Assembly (NCBI GenBank): GCA_965223415.1
Contig: OZ245002.1
Coordinates: 3,136,001 to 3,200,000 of the forward strand
DNA from: Myxococcota bacterium
GTDB taxonomy: Bacteria; Myxococcota_A; UBA9160; UBA6930
Length of the DNA: 64,000 nucleotides
Direction of reading: 5' to 3'
A model generated the notes under the pieces. It had not been told where the DNA came from and did no database searches. It was given only the letters and a program-made list of their open reading frames with translations. Position numbers and translations under genes: made by a program. Below are positions 33,585 through 43,782 of this stretch, in pieces (the stretch's first letter is position 1; the number at the start of each line of letters is the position of its first letter).

Positions 33585-34811
33585 GTGCGACTCGTGGACC
33601 AGGAGACCTGGGCGAAGCACATCCGCGCGCAGATGGACTACGAGCGGCAGCGGGAGGGCCCGCCCGAGGGCTTTCCGGCCCTGCCGCCGATTCCGACGGG
33701 GCGCTACGTCGACCCGGACTTCTTCGCCCTGGAGCAGGAGCACCTCTGGAAGAAGGTCTGGCTGCTGGTCGGCCGCGACGAGGATTTCGAGGGGCCCGGC
33801 AGCTTCCGCACCTTCGAGCGAACCGGGTCTCCGCTGGTCGTCGTGCGCGGGAACGACGGCGTGCTGCGCGGCTTCTTCAACACCTGCCAACACCGGGGCG
33901 CCCCGGTCGTGCGCGAGCCCTGTGGCACGACGAAGCGGCTCCGCTGCCAGTACCACAGCTGGACCTACGATCTCGACGGCGCCCTCCTCCAGGTGCCCGA
34001 TCGGCGCGACTTCACCGAGCTCGACCAGGCGGGTCGCGCCCTCAAGCCGGTTCGCTGCGAGGTGTACGAGGGCTGGGTGTTCGTGAATGAGGATCCGGCG
34101 GCGCTTCCGCTGCGCGAGTGGCTCGGGCCGATCGCGGACGAGTGGTCGCCGCTCCACGGCGCGGAGCTGCGGGTCACGGGCCGCCGGGCCGAGCGCGTGC
34201 CCGCCAACTGGAAGATCGTCGCAGACGCCTTCCTCGAGACCTATCACGTGAAGACGATCCACCCCCAGACCGTCTCGAAGCTCCTCGACCACCGGGGCGC
34301 CGCCATGACGCTCTACCGCAACGGCCATTCGCGGATGGTCACGCCCAAGTGGGAGCAGGCGCTAGCGCGCCAGCGGGAGCAGGCCACGGCGCTTCCCTCG
34401 ATCCCGGGCCTCGACCCGCTCTGGTCCGAGACGAACCCGGCCTACAGCCTCTTCCCGAACCTCATCACACCCCTCGACACGATCGGCTTCCCCTTCATCC
34501 TGTTCTGGCCGGTCGACGCAGAGACGACCGACGTCGAGTGGACCTTCTACGGCCCGCCGCCAGAGACGCCGGAGGTGGAGAAGCTCTGGGAGCTCTTCGT
34601 GCAGGTCTTCGACGGGGTCATGAACGAGGACTTCACGAACCTGGCGCCCATGCACCGCTCCGTGGCCTCGGGAGGCCTCGCGTCGATTCCGCTCAGCTAC
34701 CAGGAGCGCCGTATCTACCATCTCCACGAGGAGATCGACCGCGTCATCGGCCCGGAACGAATCCCCGAAGCCCTGCAGATCGCCCCACGCCTCGAGCCCT
34801 TTTGGACGTGA
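33585..34811 (+). CDS. Rieske non-heme iron oxygenase alpha subunit
   Basis: CQHRG...CQYHSW Rieske ligands; NWK, E.YH...IH and ED. Confidence 0.92.
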   Translation: MRLVDQETWAKHIRAQMDYERQREGPPEGFPALPPIPTGRYVDPDFFALEQEHLWKKVWLLVGRDEDFEGPGSFRTFERTGSPLVVVRGNDGVLRGFFNTCQHRGAPVVREPCGTTKRLRCQYHSWTYDLDGALLQVPDRRDFTELDQAGRALKPVRCEVYEGWVFVNEDPAALPLREWLGPIADEWSPLHGAELRVTGRRAERVPANWKIVADAFLETYHVKTIHPQTVSKLLDHRGAAMTLYRNGHSRMVTPKWEQALARQREQATALPSIPGLDPLWSETNPAYSLFPNLITPLDTIGFPFILFWPVDAETTDVEWTFYGPPPETPEVEKLWELFVQVFDGVMNEDFTNLAPMHRSVASGGLASIPLSYQERRIYHLHEEIDRVIGPERIPEALQIAPRLEPFWT

Positions 34812-34838
34812 AGAAGCGGGGCTCTGAGCCCCGTTTCT
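34812..34838. terminator. Hairpin between convergent genes
   Basis: AGAAGCGGGGCTC-T-GAGCCCCGTTTCT. Confidence 0.6.
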
Positions 34839-35604
34839 AGACTCCAGGGTGGGCGGCGAGCATGCCGCCGTCGACCAGGTAGGTGGCGCCGGTGCAGAAG
34901 GCGGATTCGTCCGAGGCCAGGAACACGGCCATGGCGGCGATGTCGGTGCCCAGGCCCATGCGGCCGAGGGGAGACATGTTCTCGAAGGCCTCGCGGATCT
35001 CCGGGGAGGCGTCGGCGAGGGGGAGGGTGAGGCCCGACTCGACGGCGCCGGGGGCGATCGCGTTGCAGCGGATGCCGACGCCGGCCCGCGCGCAGTGCAC
35101 CGCCACGGCGCGCGTCAGGCTGCACACCGCTCCCTTGCTGGCCGAGTAGGTCGGGTCGGAGGGGATGGAGGCGAAGGCGGAGGTGGATGCCACGTTGATG
35201 AGCGAGCCGCCGGCGCCCTCCGGGTTGCGGCGCATGGCGGCGACGCCGCGCTGACAGCCGAGCATCACGCCGGTCAGGTTGACGTCGAGCACGCGGTGCC
35301 ATTCCTCCAGCTCGAGCTGCTCGATGTCCTGGCGACCGACGATGCCGGCGTTGTTCATCAGCACGTCGAGGCGACCGAAGCGCTCCCGGGTCGCGGCCAC
35401 GACCGCGTCCCAGTCGTCCGCCCGGGAAACGTCCTGGGGGAGGAACACCGCGTCGGACTCCCTCGCCACGGCTTCGCCCTTCTCCTGCTGCACGTCCGTG
35501 AAGACGACCCGAGCGCCTTCCTCCACGAAGCGCCGCACCGTGGCCTCGCCCATGCCGGAGGCTCCGCCCGTCACCAGGGCGACCTTGTCGCGCAGTCGAT
35601 CCAT
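34837..35604 (-). CDS. SDR-family oxidoreductase
   Basis: TGGASGMG, NNAG and YSASK. Confidence 0.93.
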   Translation of the reverse strand: MDRLRDKVALVTGGASGMGEATVRRFVEEGARVVFTDVQQEKGEAVARESDAVFLPQDVSRADDWDAVVAATRERFGRLDVLMNNAGIVGRQDIEQLELEEWHRVLDVNLTGVMLGCQRGVAAMRRNPEGAGGSLINVASTSAFASIPSDPTYSASKGAVCSLTRAVAVHCARAGVGIRCNAIAPGAVESGLTLPLADASPEIREAFENMSPLGRMGLGTDIAAMAVFLASDESAFCTGATYLVDGGMLAAHPGV

Positions 35605-35643
35605 GGGCCCAGGTTATCGCAGTGGATGTGCCACCATACGGAG

Positions 35644-37461
35644 ATGGTCACGCGACTCGCCTTCTCCTGCGTCCTCCTGCTCGCCGGCTCATCCGGCGCC
35701 GAGACCACCTACTCGCCTCATGCCGGCGCCTCGTTCGCGCGCGACGTCTACTGGGGCGATACCCATCTCCATTCCCATCTCTCCCTCGACGCGAACATGA
35801 TGGGCAATCGGAGCCTGAGCCCTTCGGATGCCTTCCGCTTCGCCCGCGGCGAGCAGATCACCGCCCACAACGGCATGGCCGTGAAGCTGCGGCGTCCCCT
35901 CGACTTCCTCGTCGTCTCGGACCATGCCGAGTACCTGGGCGTCATGGAGGGCCTCGGCCGCGGCGACGAGCTGCTGCTCCAGAACGAGACGGCCCGTCGT
36001 TGGGGTGCGGCCCTGGCGAAGGGCGAGCCGACCCCCTTCCAGGAGTTCGCCGATTCGCTCATGCGCAACCAGAGCGCCATCGAGCACCCGGACTTCTATC
36101 GCTCGGTCTGGAAGCAGGTCGTCGAGAACGCGGATTCCTTCGACGATCCCGGTCACTTCACGGCGTTCATCGGCTACGAGTGGACGTCGACACCCCAGGG
36201 CAACAACCTCCACCGCATCGTGCTGTTCCGCGACGGTGGTGACAAGGCCGGGCAGGTCCTTCCCTTCAGCTCCCTCGACAGCGACGACCCGGAGGACCTG
36301 TGGGCCTTCCTGGCGCGCTACGAGCAGGAGACCGGCGGCCAGGCCTTCTCGATCCCCCACAACTCCAACCTGAGCGGCGGGCTCATGTTCCCGGACGCCC
36401 GCCCGGACGGGCAGCCCCTCGGCCGCGACTACGCGGAGCTGCGCGCCCGCTGGGAGCCGATCGTCGAGGCGACCCAGTACAAGGGCGACAGCGAGACCCA
36501 CCCCTACCTCTCTCCGGAGGACGAGCTCGCCGACTACGAGACCTGGGACCAGGCCAACATCGGCATGAACGCGAAGCACGAGGACGCCTGGTTCCGCCAC
36601 GAGTACGTGCGCTCGGCCCTGAAGCTGGGCCTCGGCATCGAGGCGAGCGTCGGCGCCAACCCCTACCGCTTCGGCCTGATCGGCAGCACCGACGCCCACA
36701 CCTCGTTGGCCACTGCCGACGAGGACGACTTCTGGGGCAAGTTCACCAACGACGAGCCCTCCCCGAAGCGTTGGAGCCAGCCGCTGGTGCCGAATTCGGA
36801 ACTCCCGTGGATGGTCTACGAGTGGCAGATGGCCGCCTCGGGCTACGCGGCGGTGTGGGCGACCGAGAACACCCGGGCCGCTCTCTTCGATGCCATGCGC
36901 CGCCGGGAGACCTACGCCACCACCGGGCCTCGCATGGTGGTGCGCCTCTTCGGCGGCTGGGGCTTCGAGGAGGCGGATGCGCACACGCCGGACCTGGCTC
37001 GCCGGGGCTACGCCAAGGGCGTGCCCATGGGCGGCGTCCTGCCGGCTCGGGAGGGTGATGCGGCCCCGACTTTCCTGGTCTCGGCGCTCAAGGATCCCGA
37101 GGGCGCCAACCTGGCCCGCGTCCAGGTCGTGAAGGGCTGGCGGGCCGCCGACGGCAGCCTGCACGAGAAGGTCCACGACGTCGCCGTCGCCGACGGCGCC
37201 GACGACACCACCGTCGACGTGGCCGACGCCAGCTACACGAACACGATCGGCTCCGTGCAGCTGACCACGGTGTGGCGGGACCCGGAGTTCGATCCCGCCC
37301 AGCCCGCCTTCTACTACCTGCGGGTGGTCGAGATCCCGACGCCCCGCTGGACCTCCCACGATGCCAAGGCCTTCGGGATCGAGCTGCCGCCGGAGGTGCC
37401 TCGCACCACCCGGGAGCGGGCCTACACGTCGCCGATCTGGTACTCGCCGTCGGCGCCGTGA
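35644..37461 (+). CDS. DUF3604 protein (secreted, PHP-like), paralog 1
   Basis: WGDTHLH, PLDF..VSDHAEY, YEWTS, NLHR, IPHNSN, STDAH, YATTGPR and ERAYTSPIWY. Confidence 0.88.
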   Translation: MVTRLAFSCVLLLAGSSGAETTYSPHAGASFARDVYWGDTHLHSHLSLDANMMGNRSLSPSDAFRFARGEQITAHNGMAVKLRRPLDFLVVSDHAEYLGVMEGLGRGDELLLQNETARRWGAALAKGEPTPFQEFADSLMRNQSAIEHPDFYRSVWKQVVENADSFDDPGHFTAFIGYEWTSTPQGNNLHRIVLFRDGGDKAGQVLPFSSLDSDDPEDLWAFLARYEQETGGQAFSIPHNSNLSGGLMFPDARPDGQPLGRDYAELRARWEPIVEATQYKGDSETHPYLSPEDELADYETWDQANIGMNAKHEDAWFRHEYVRSALKLGLGIEASVGANPYRFGLIGSTDAHTSLATADEDDFWGKFTNDEPSPKRWSQPLVPNSELPWMVYEWQMAASGYAAVWATENTRAALFDAMRRRETYATTGPRMVVRLFGGWGFEEADAHTPDLARRGYAKGVPMGGVLPAREGDAAPTFLVSALKDPEGANLARVQVVKGWRAADGSLHEKVHDVAVADGADDTTVDVADASYTNTIGSVQLTTVWRDPEFDPAQPAFYYLRVVEIPTPRWTSHDAKAFGIELPPEVPRTTRERAYTSPIWYSPSAP

Positions 37462-37491
37462 CGCTATGCTCCGGCGCTTCAAGGAGGCTCC

Positions 37492-38895
37492 ATGTCCGAC
37501 TTCACGCTCACCGTCGCCGGCGAAGCCGCGCCCACCCACGCCACCCTCGACGTGGTCAACCCGGCCACGGGCAAGCCCTTCGCCGCCTGCCCCGATGCCA
37601 CGCAGGGGCAGCTGGACACGGCGCTTTCCGCCGCCCAGGATGCCTTCCGCACCTGGCGCGAGGACGAAGCGGCCCGCCGCGCCGCCCTCGGCGCCTGCGC
37701 AGGGGCCCTCCAGGCCGCCGCGCCGGAGATCGGCCGCGTCCTCACCCAGGAGCAGGGCAAGCCCCTCGAGGCCGCTGTGAACGAGGTGATGGGCGCCGCC
37801 GGTTGGTTCGGCCTGACGGCAGGCCTGCCCCTCGAGAACGAGGTCCTCCAGGACGACGACGAGCTGCGCATCGAGCTGCACCGGAAGCCCCTCGGCGTGG
37901 TCGGCGCGATCACGCCGTGGAACTTCCCGATCATCCTCGCGGTGTGGAAGATCGCGCCGGCGCTGCTGGCCGGGAACACCCTCGTGCTCAAGCCCTCGCC
38001 TTTCACGCCACTCTCGAGCCTGAAGATGGGCGAGGTGCTGCGCGAGACCCTCCCGCCCGGCGTGTTCAGCGTTCTGTCCGGCGGCGACGACCTCGGCAAG
38101 TGGATCTGCGAGCACCCGGCGGTGCGCAAGATCTCCTTCACCGGCTCCGTCGCCACCGGGAAGAAGATCCAGGAGACCGCGGCGCCGGACCTGAAGCGCG
38201 TCACCCTCGAGCTCGGTGGCAACGATCCCGCCATCGTGCTGGGCGACGTGGACCCGAAGGCCGTGGCGAAGAAGGTCTTCGAGGCGGCCTTCGCCAACTC
38301 GGGCCAGGTGTGCGTCGCGGTGAAGCGCCTCTACGTCGACGAGTCCATCTACGGGGACGTGCTCTCCGAGGTGACCGAGCTGGCCAGGGGCGCGAAGTTC
38401 GGCGACGGCTTCGAGGAGGGCGTCCAGTACGGCCCCATCAACAATGAGCCCCAGTTCGAGCGCGTGCGGGAGCTGGTGGACGACGCCAGGGCCTCCGGTG
38501 GGAAGGTCCTGACCGGGGGCGAGCCGATGGGCCGCGACGGCTTCTTCTATGCGCCCACCATCGTGAGCGACGTGGCCGAGGGCGTGCGCCTCGTGGACGA
38601 GGAGCAATTCGGGCCCGCGCTTCCGGTGATGCCCTTCCGCGACGTGGACGACGCCATCGAGCGTGCCAACGGAACGCACTTCGGCCTCGGTGGCTCGGTC
38701 TGGACCTCCGACACGCGTCGCGGCGCCGACCTGGCCCGCCGTCTGGAGTGCGGCACCGGCTGGGTGAACCAGCACCTGAACCTGGTGCCGAACGCGCCCT
38801 TCGGCGGCTCCAAGTGGTCGGGCATCGGCTACGAGAACGGTCCGTGGGGGCTGGCCGCCTTCACCGAGCTGCAGGTGATCAATATCGCCAAGTGA
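37492..38895 (+). CDS. Aldehyde dehydrogenase
   Basis: ITPWNFP, FTGS, LELGGND, F.NSGQVC and EQFGP. Confidence 0.95.
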   Translation: MSDFTLTVAGEAAPTHATLDVVNPATGKPFAACPDATQGQLDTALSAAQDAFRTWREDEAARRAALGACAGALQAAAPEIGRVLTQEQGKPLEAAVNEVMGAAGWFGLTAGLPLENEVLQDDDELRIELHRKPLGVVGAITPWNFPIILAVWKIAPALLAGNTLVLKPSPFTPLSSLKMGEVLRETLPPGVFSVLSGGDDLGKWICEHPAVRKISFTGSVATGKKIQETAAPDLKRVTLELGGNDPAIVLGDVDPKAVAKKVFEAAFANSGQVCVAVKRLYVDESIYGDVLSEVTELARGAKFGDGFEEGVQYGPINNEPQFERVRELVDDARASGGKVLTGGEPMGRDGFFYAPTIVSDVAEGVRLVDEEQFGPALPVMPFRDVDDAIERANGTHFGLGGSVWTSDTRRGADLARRLECGTGWVNQHLNLVPNAPFGGSKWSGIGYENGPWGLAAFTELQVINIAK

Positions 38896-39344
38896 GCCTC
38901 ATCGCCCAGAGCGTGACCATCGAGCGGCCGCCCGAGGCGGTCTTCGACTTCGCCAGCACCGCGGGTCACTGGCCCGAGTGGCATCCGGCGACCGAGTCCG
39001 TCACCGGGGCGATCGATCACCCGGCCCGGGTCGGCGAGGAGATCCTCGAGCGGATCCGCGTGGGCCCGCTGCGCAGCACCACCCGGTGGACCGTCGAGCG
39101 CTGCGAGCGGCCGGGGCTCTGGCAGATCGCCAGCGAGCATCCGCAGCGGGGGATCCGATCCCGGATTGCCTATCGATGCTCGTCGGTCACCGCCGGGACG
39201 CGCTTCGAGCGGCGCCTCGAGTACGAGCTGGGCGGCATCTTCCGGCTCCTCGATGCCCTCGTCCTGCGCCGGAGGAACCGGCGCCAGTCGCGCCGGGCTC
39301 TCGCGAACCTGAAGCGGCGGCTCGAGGGGGAGGGGGCTCGATGA
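38892..39344 (+). CDS. SRPBCC/polyketide-cyclase-family protein
   Basis: SVTIERPPEAVFDF...WPEWHP; GTG overlaps the upstream stop. Confidence 0.82.
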   Translation: MSLIAQSVTIERPPEAVFDFASTAGHWPEWHPATESVTGAIDHPARVGEEILERIRVGPLRSTTRWTVERCERPGLWQIASEHPQRGIRSRIAYRCSSVTAGTRFERRLEYELGGIFRLLDALVLRRRNRRQSRRALANLKRRLEGEGAR

Positions 39345-39365
39345 GGTCGGGCCGGCTTCGGGAAG

Positions 39366-40259
39366 TCAGTCCTTCCGCTCGCGGGCTTCCGCCACGGTCT
39401 CCCGCATCCGATCCGCGACCTCGGGGCCCAGGCCCAACGAAGCCAGCTCGGCCACCACGTCGGTCTCGGGTGCTTCGGCCGCCTCGTCGACCGCTTCGTA
39501 GGCGAAGCGGTCCGCCAGGGCGAGCACCCGGGCGAGCCGCTCGCAGGTCGGCCCGCTCTCGGAGGGGTCGTGATGAACTGCGATGGCCTCCGCCAGGTGG
39601 GCCGGCAGGGCCCAGCCCTGGGCGAGCCGCGCACCCAGGGCGGCGTGCAGGGAGCCCAGGAGTCGCTCCAGCGTGGCGCTGCGGACCTTGCGGCGGCCCC
39701 GGGAGCGGCGGCGCACGTCGCCGGCGAAAGAGAGGATCACGGCGCGGCCGACGTCGTGGAGCAGCCCGCCCAGGAAGCCCAGGTCGGGATCCTCGCCGGC
39801 CTCCGCTGCCAGCTCCTGGGCCACCGCGGCGCAGAGCTGCACGTGCTGCCAGAGCGCTTCCACCTCCTTCTCGAAGCCCGGAGCCCGGAACACCCGCGCC
39901 TGGAGCGCCGCGGCGAAGACCGCGTTGCGCGCGTCGCGCAGTCCCATGCGCACGATGGCATCCTCGAGCGCGTGCACCGGCTCGAGACCGCGATAGAAGG
40001 CGCCGTTGGCGACCGAGAGGATCCGGCTCGAGAGCGCCGGGTCGCGCTCCACCGCCGCGGCCAGGTCCGGAACGCCGCAGTCCGGGTCCTCCATCAGCCG
40101 CTGGACGCGGAGCGCCGTCTCCGGCATCGGTGGCAGGCTGACGCCCTGGTCGCCGATGGCCTCCGCGAGCAGACCGAAGAGCTCCCGGTCGCCTTCGTCC
40201 CGGGTTCGCGAGAGGTCCTGCAGCAGCTCGGTGGCCAATCGAGCCATCACCCGGTCCAT
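39366..40259 (-). CDS. HDOD-domain protein
   Basis: LPPMP, DPAL..RIL.VAN, GLLHDVG and H..LGA.L..W.LP; start uncertain. Confidence 0.85.
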   Translation of the reverse strand: MDRVMARLATELLQDLSRTRDEGDRELFGLLAEAIGDQGVSLPPMPETALRVQRLMEDPDCGVPDLAAAVERDPALSSRILSVANGAFYRGLEPVHALEDAIVRMGLRDARNAVFAAALQARVFRAPGFEKEVEALWQHVQLCAAVAQELAAEAGEDPDLGFLGGLLHDVGRAVILSFAGDVRRRSRGRRKVRSATLERLLGSLHAALGARLAQGWALPAHLAEAIAVHHDPSESGPTCERLARVLALADRFAYEAVDEAAEAPETDVVAELASLGLGPEVADRMRETVAEARERKD

Positions 40260-40413
40260 CGTCTGCCCCGCATCGCTGACCGCTTCCACGAGGGCGGCAA
40301 CGGCGCTCCGGCGCCGGTGCTTGAGGCCGATGAGCCGCCTCCCGCGCCTCCCAGGCCGCTTCCTGGAGGCTTCGCACCGCGCGTCCCCGGGGCTTCGCCC
40401 CAACCGTTCGGGT

Positions 40414-41619
40414 TCAGGTCCCGATCGGCTTCGAGGGGGTGAAGCGCACAGGCATCTCCTCGATCCCCACGATGAAGTTCGACGGACGCAGCGGCAGCGG
40501 CTCGTCGGTGGCCAGCTCCAGGTCCGGGAGCCTGCGGTGCAGCTCCTCGAACATGATCCGCAGCTCGAGCCGGGCCAGGCTGGCGCCAAGGCAGTGATGG
40601 GTGCCGTAGCCGCCGAAGGCGACGTGGTTGTTGGGCGCGCGGCCGGTGTCGAAACGATCGGGCTCGTCGAAGGCGCGCGAATCGCGGTTGGCGGACGGGT
40701 AAAGGAGCAGCAGCTTGTCCCCCTCGCGGATGCGCTGGCCGCGCAGCTCCGTGTCCCGGGTGGCCGTGCGGTTCATGTTCTTGATCGGCGACACCCAGCG
40801 CAGCAGCTCTTCCACCGCCGTCGGCAGGAGCGAGGGGTCGGCGGCCAGGCGAGCTCGCTGGTCCGGGTGCTGCATCAGGGCGAGGGCGCCCTCGGTGATG
40901 ACGTGGCGGGTCGTCTCGTCGCCGCCCACCAGGATCAGCAGGGACTCGTGGGCGATCTCGTCGTCGCTGAGCCGGTCGCCTTCGATCTCCGCGTGGACGA
41001 GCACCGAGACCAGGTCGTCGGTCGGCTTCGCCTTGCGCCCGGCGATGGTTTCGGCGGCGTAGCTGAAGTACTCGGTGCCGGCCTTGCCGGCCGCCTCGAT
41101 CTCCTCCTGGGTGGCCGTCGACGAGGTGGCCTGGAGCATCGTCTCGGACCAGCGCAGCAGGGTCTCGAAATCCTCGGGCGGCATGCCCAGCATGTCGCCG
41201 ATCATGATGAGGGGAAGGGGCGCGGCGATGTCGCGCACGAACTCGCACTCGCCGCGCTCGCAGACCGCGTCGATGAGGCGGGTGCAGATCTCGCGAACCT
41301 TCGGCTCGTGATCCTCGAGCCGCCTCGGCGTGAAACCCCGGTTCACCAGGTTGCGGCGCCGCTTGTGCTCCGGATCGTCCATGTTGATCATGGACGGCAC
41401 CCAGCTGTCCGGCCGCGAGCCCTTGCCGGAGCAGAAGAGCTCCGGCGTCTTCGAGACCTGCATCACGTCCTCGTGGAGCGAGACTCCCCAGATCTCGCTG
41501 GAGGGGTCCCAGTACACGGCCGCGTTCTCCCGCATCCAGGCGAAGTGCTCGAGCGGGCGGTCCGTGTAGAAGCCCCCGTCGAGCAGCCGGATCTCCTCGC
41601 GAACGGGATGGTCGGGCAC
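40414..41619 (-). CDS. Cytochrome P450 (CYP142-like)
   Basis: MDDPEH..RR, I-helix GGDETT, EELLR and heme motif FGGYGTHHCLG. Confidence 0.92.
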   Translation of the reverse strand: MPDHPVREEIRLLDGGFYTDRPLEHFAWMRENAAVYWDPSSEIWGVSLHEDVMQVSKTPELFCSGKGSRPDSWVPSMINMDDPEHKRRRNLVNRGFTPRRLEDHEPKVREICTRLIDAVCERGECEFVRDIAAPLPLIMIGDMLGMPPEDFETLLRWSETMLQATSSTATQEEIEAAGKAGTEYFSYAAETIAGRKAKPTDDLVSVLVHAEIEGDRLSDDEIAHESLLILVGGDETTRHVITEGALALMQHPDQRARLAADPSLLPTAVEELLRWVSPIKNMNRTATRDTELRGQRIREGDKLLLLYPSANRDSRAFDEPDRFDTGRAPNNHVAFGGYGTHHCLGASLARLELRIMFEELHRRLPDLELATDEPLPLRPSNFIVGIEEMPVRFTPSKPIGT

Positions 41620-41623
41620 CGTT

Positions 41624-41995
41624 TCACCCACCCATCACGAAGGCGACGAGCTTGTTGCCGTCGAGGTCGCGGAAGTAGCCGCCGTAGAAGACGTCCCCGC
41701 GCTGGCCGGGAGGCCCTTCGTCGCTGGCGCCCAGCTCGATCGCCTTGGCGTAGATGCGGTCCACGGCCTCCTTCGAGCCCGCGTTGAGCGCGGCCATCGT
41801 GCCGTTGCCCGGCGAGGCGGGCTTGCCGTCGTAGGGCGTGCAGACGGCGATGATCGGCTGGTCCGGCCCCGCGGCGTAGAAGCGCATGCGGTCGTCGGCC
41901 ATGACGCGCTTGCCACCGAGCTCCGCGAGCAGGGCATCGTAGAAGGCCTCCGCCTTGTCCAGGTCGTTCGTGCCGAGGGTGATGTAGCCGATCAT
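41624..41995 (-). CDS. VOC/glyoxalase-family protein
   Basis: MIGYITLGTNDL..A..FYD and YFRDLDGNK. Confidence 0.9.
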   Translation of the reverse strand: MIGYITLGTNDLDKAEAFYDALLAELGGKRVMADDRMRFYAAGPDQPIIAVCTPYDGKPASPGNGTMAALNAGSKEAVDRIYAKAIELGASDEGPPGQRGDVFYGGYFRDLDGNKLVAFVMGG

Positions 41996-42065
41996 GAGTC
42001 TCCTCCGGTGGCCGAGCGACGCCGGGGCTGGCCACGGGCCCGAGTGTGCACCACCTTTCCGCCCC

Positions 42066-43265
42066 ATGCCTGGACCTCTCGCCGGATTTCGCGTGATCGA
42101 CGTGAGCGAAGTGATCTCGGGCCCCCTCGCCGCCATGATCCTCGCCGACCAGGGCGCCGAGGTGATCAAGGTCGAGCCGCCCGGCCACGGAGAGGAGAGC
42201 CGCCAGATCGCCAGCTACCGCGCCGGCATGGCGGCCCTCTACGCCAACTGCAACCACGGCAAGCGGTCGATCGGCCTCGACCTGAAGCAGCCCGAGGGCC
42301 GGGACGTGCTGTACGACCTGGTGCGTGGTGCGGACGTGTTCGTGCAGAACTGGCGGCCGGGCGCCGCCGAACGCCTGGGCCTGGGCGAGGACGACCTGCG
42401 CGCACTGAACCCGGAGATCGTCTACGCCTCGGTCACCGGCTACGGCGACGGGGGTCCCTACGCCGAGCGGCGGGGTTACGATCCCATCTTCCAGTGTCTC
42501 ACTGGCTACGTCCATGCCCAGACGAACCCGGAGATCCCCATCCCCGACCTGGTGCGAAACGCCGTGGTCGACAAGGCGACGTCGCACCAGCTCGCCCAGG
42601 GCGTCACCGCGGCGCTCCTCGCCCGCGAGCGCGGGGCCGGTGGCCAGCACGTGCGGGTGGCCATGCTCGACGCCGGCCTCTCCTTCTTCTGGCCCGACGG
42701 CATGATGCGCCACACCCTTGTTGGGGACGGTGTCGAGAACCCGATGGCGCCGGGCGAGCGCTACCAGATGTCATCGACCTCCGACGGGCAGCTCGCGGTG
42801 TGGATGGGCACCGCGGACCAGATGCGGGACGGCCTACGCGCGGTCGGTCGCCACGACCTGGCCGACGATCCGAGCCAACGGGGCAGGGCGATGCTGGAAG
42901 AGGCGAGCCAGACGGCCCGTGCCGAGGCGATGAATGCCGGTCTCGCGGCGCTCACGACCGCAGAGGCCTACGAGCGCCTCGTTGCCCACCAGATTCCCTG
43001 TGCCCCGGTGCTGACCCACGAGCAGGTGCTGCGGGATCCCCAGATCTCCCACAACGACGGCGTCCTCGAGGGTGAGCACCCGGTGTACGGCGGCTACCGA
43101 CGGGCGCGCCCGCCGCTGCGCTTCTCGGTCACGGTTCCCGAGCGTGGCGGCGCGCCGGCCCTCTACGGCGAGCACACGGACGAGATCCTCGCCGAGCTCG
43201 GCCGCTCGGAGGCCGAGCGCGCGGCGCTGCGCGAGAAGGGCGTCGTTCCGACGCCCCGCTCGTGA
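42066..43265 (+). CDS. CoA-transferase family III
   Basis: GP.A..ILADQGA.VIKVEPP, N.GKRSI.LDLK and NWRPG. Confidence 0.92.
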   Translation: MPGPLAGFRVIDVSEVISGPLAAMILADQGAEVIKVEPPGHGEESRQIASYRAGMAALYANCNHGKRSIGLDLKQPEGRDVLYDLVRGADVFVQNWRPGAAERLGLGEDDLRALNPEIVYASVTGYGDGGPYAERRGYDPIFQCLTGYVHAQTNPEIPIPDLVRNAVVDKATSHQLAQGVTAALLARERGAGGQHVRVAMLDAGLSFFWPDGMMRHTLVGDGVENPMAPGERYQMSSTSDGQLAVWMGTADQMRDGLRAVGRHDLADDPSQRGRAMLEEASQTARAEAMNAGLAALTTAEAYERLVAHQIPCAPVLTHEQVLRDPQISHNDGVLEGEHPVYGGYRRARPPLRFSVTVPERGGAPALYGEHTDEILAELGRSEAERAALREKGVVPTPRS

Positions 43266-43341
43266 GGTCCGCCGCCCAGGCGGCAGTCGGGCGTCTCGCG
43301 GTCGTGGCGCCGTCCCACCGCTCTGGGCCACCATCGCGGCG

Positions 43342-43782
43342 ATGGAGCACTGGGAGCTCGTCGCGCGGGAGAGCATCCGCGACCTGGTGGCCCGCTACAA
43401 CGCGAACGGCGACGGCGGCCGCTTCGATCCGATGCTCGAGCTGTTCGCGGACGAGGCGGTCCTGGAGGTGCCGGGCCAGGTGTGTCGGGGGCACGACCAG
43501 ATCCGCCGCTTCTTCGAAGGCGTCGCCGCGAACACCGGCGGCGACGGCGCCCGGGCGGCCTTCATCCGGCACTTCACCGCCACTCACCAGATCGACGTCC
43601 AGGGCCCCGACGAGGCCACCGGACGCAGCTACTACGCCGTCCTCACCGATCGCGGGCTCGACCACTGGGGCCGCTATCTCGACACCTATCGCCGCATCGG
43701 CGGGCGGTGGCGCTTCTGGCACCGGAAGGTGACCACCGACGCCGCCGTTTCCGGCGGCTGGGCAGAGGGGAACGAGGAATGA
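43342..43782 (+). CDS. SnoaL-like/NTF2-family protein
   Basis: ARESIRDLVARY, LFADEA and GRY.D.Y...GRWRF..R. Confidence 0.85.
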   Translation: MEHWELVARESIRDLVARYNANGDGGRFDPMLELFADEAVLEVPGQVCRGHDQIRRFFEGVAANTGGDGARAAFIRHFTATHQIDVQGPDEATGRSYYAVLTDRGLDHWGRYLDTYRRIGGRWRFWHRKVTTDAAVSGGWAEGNEE

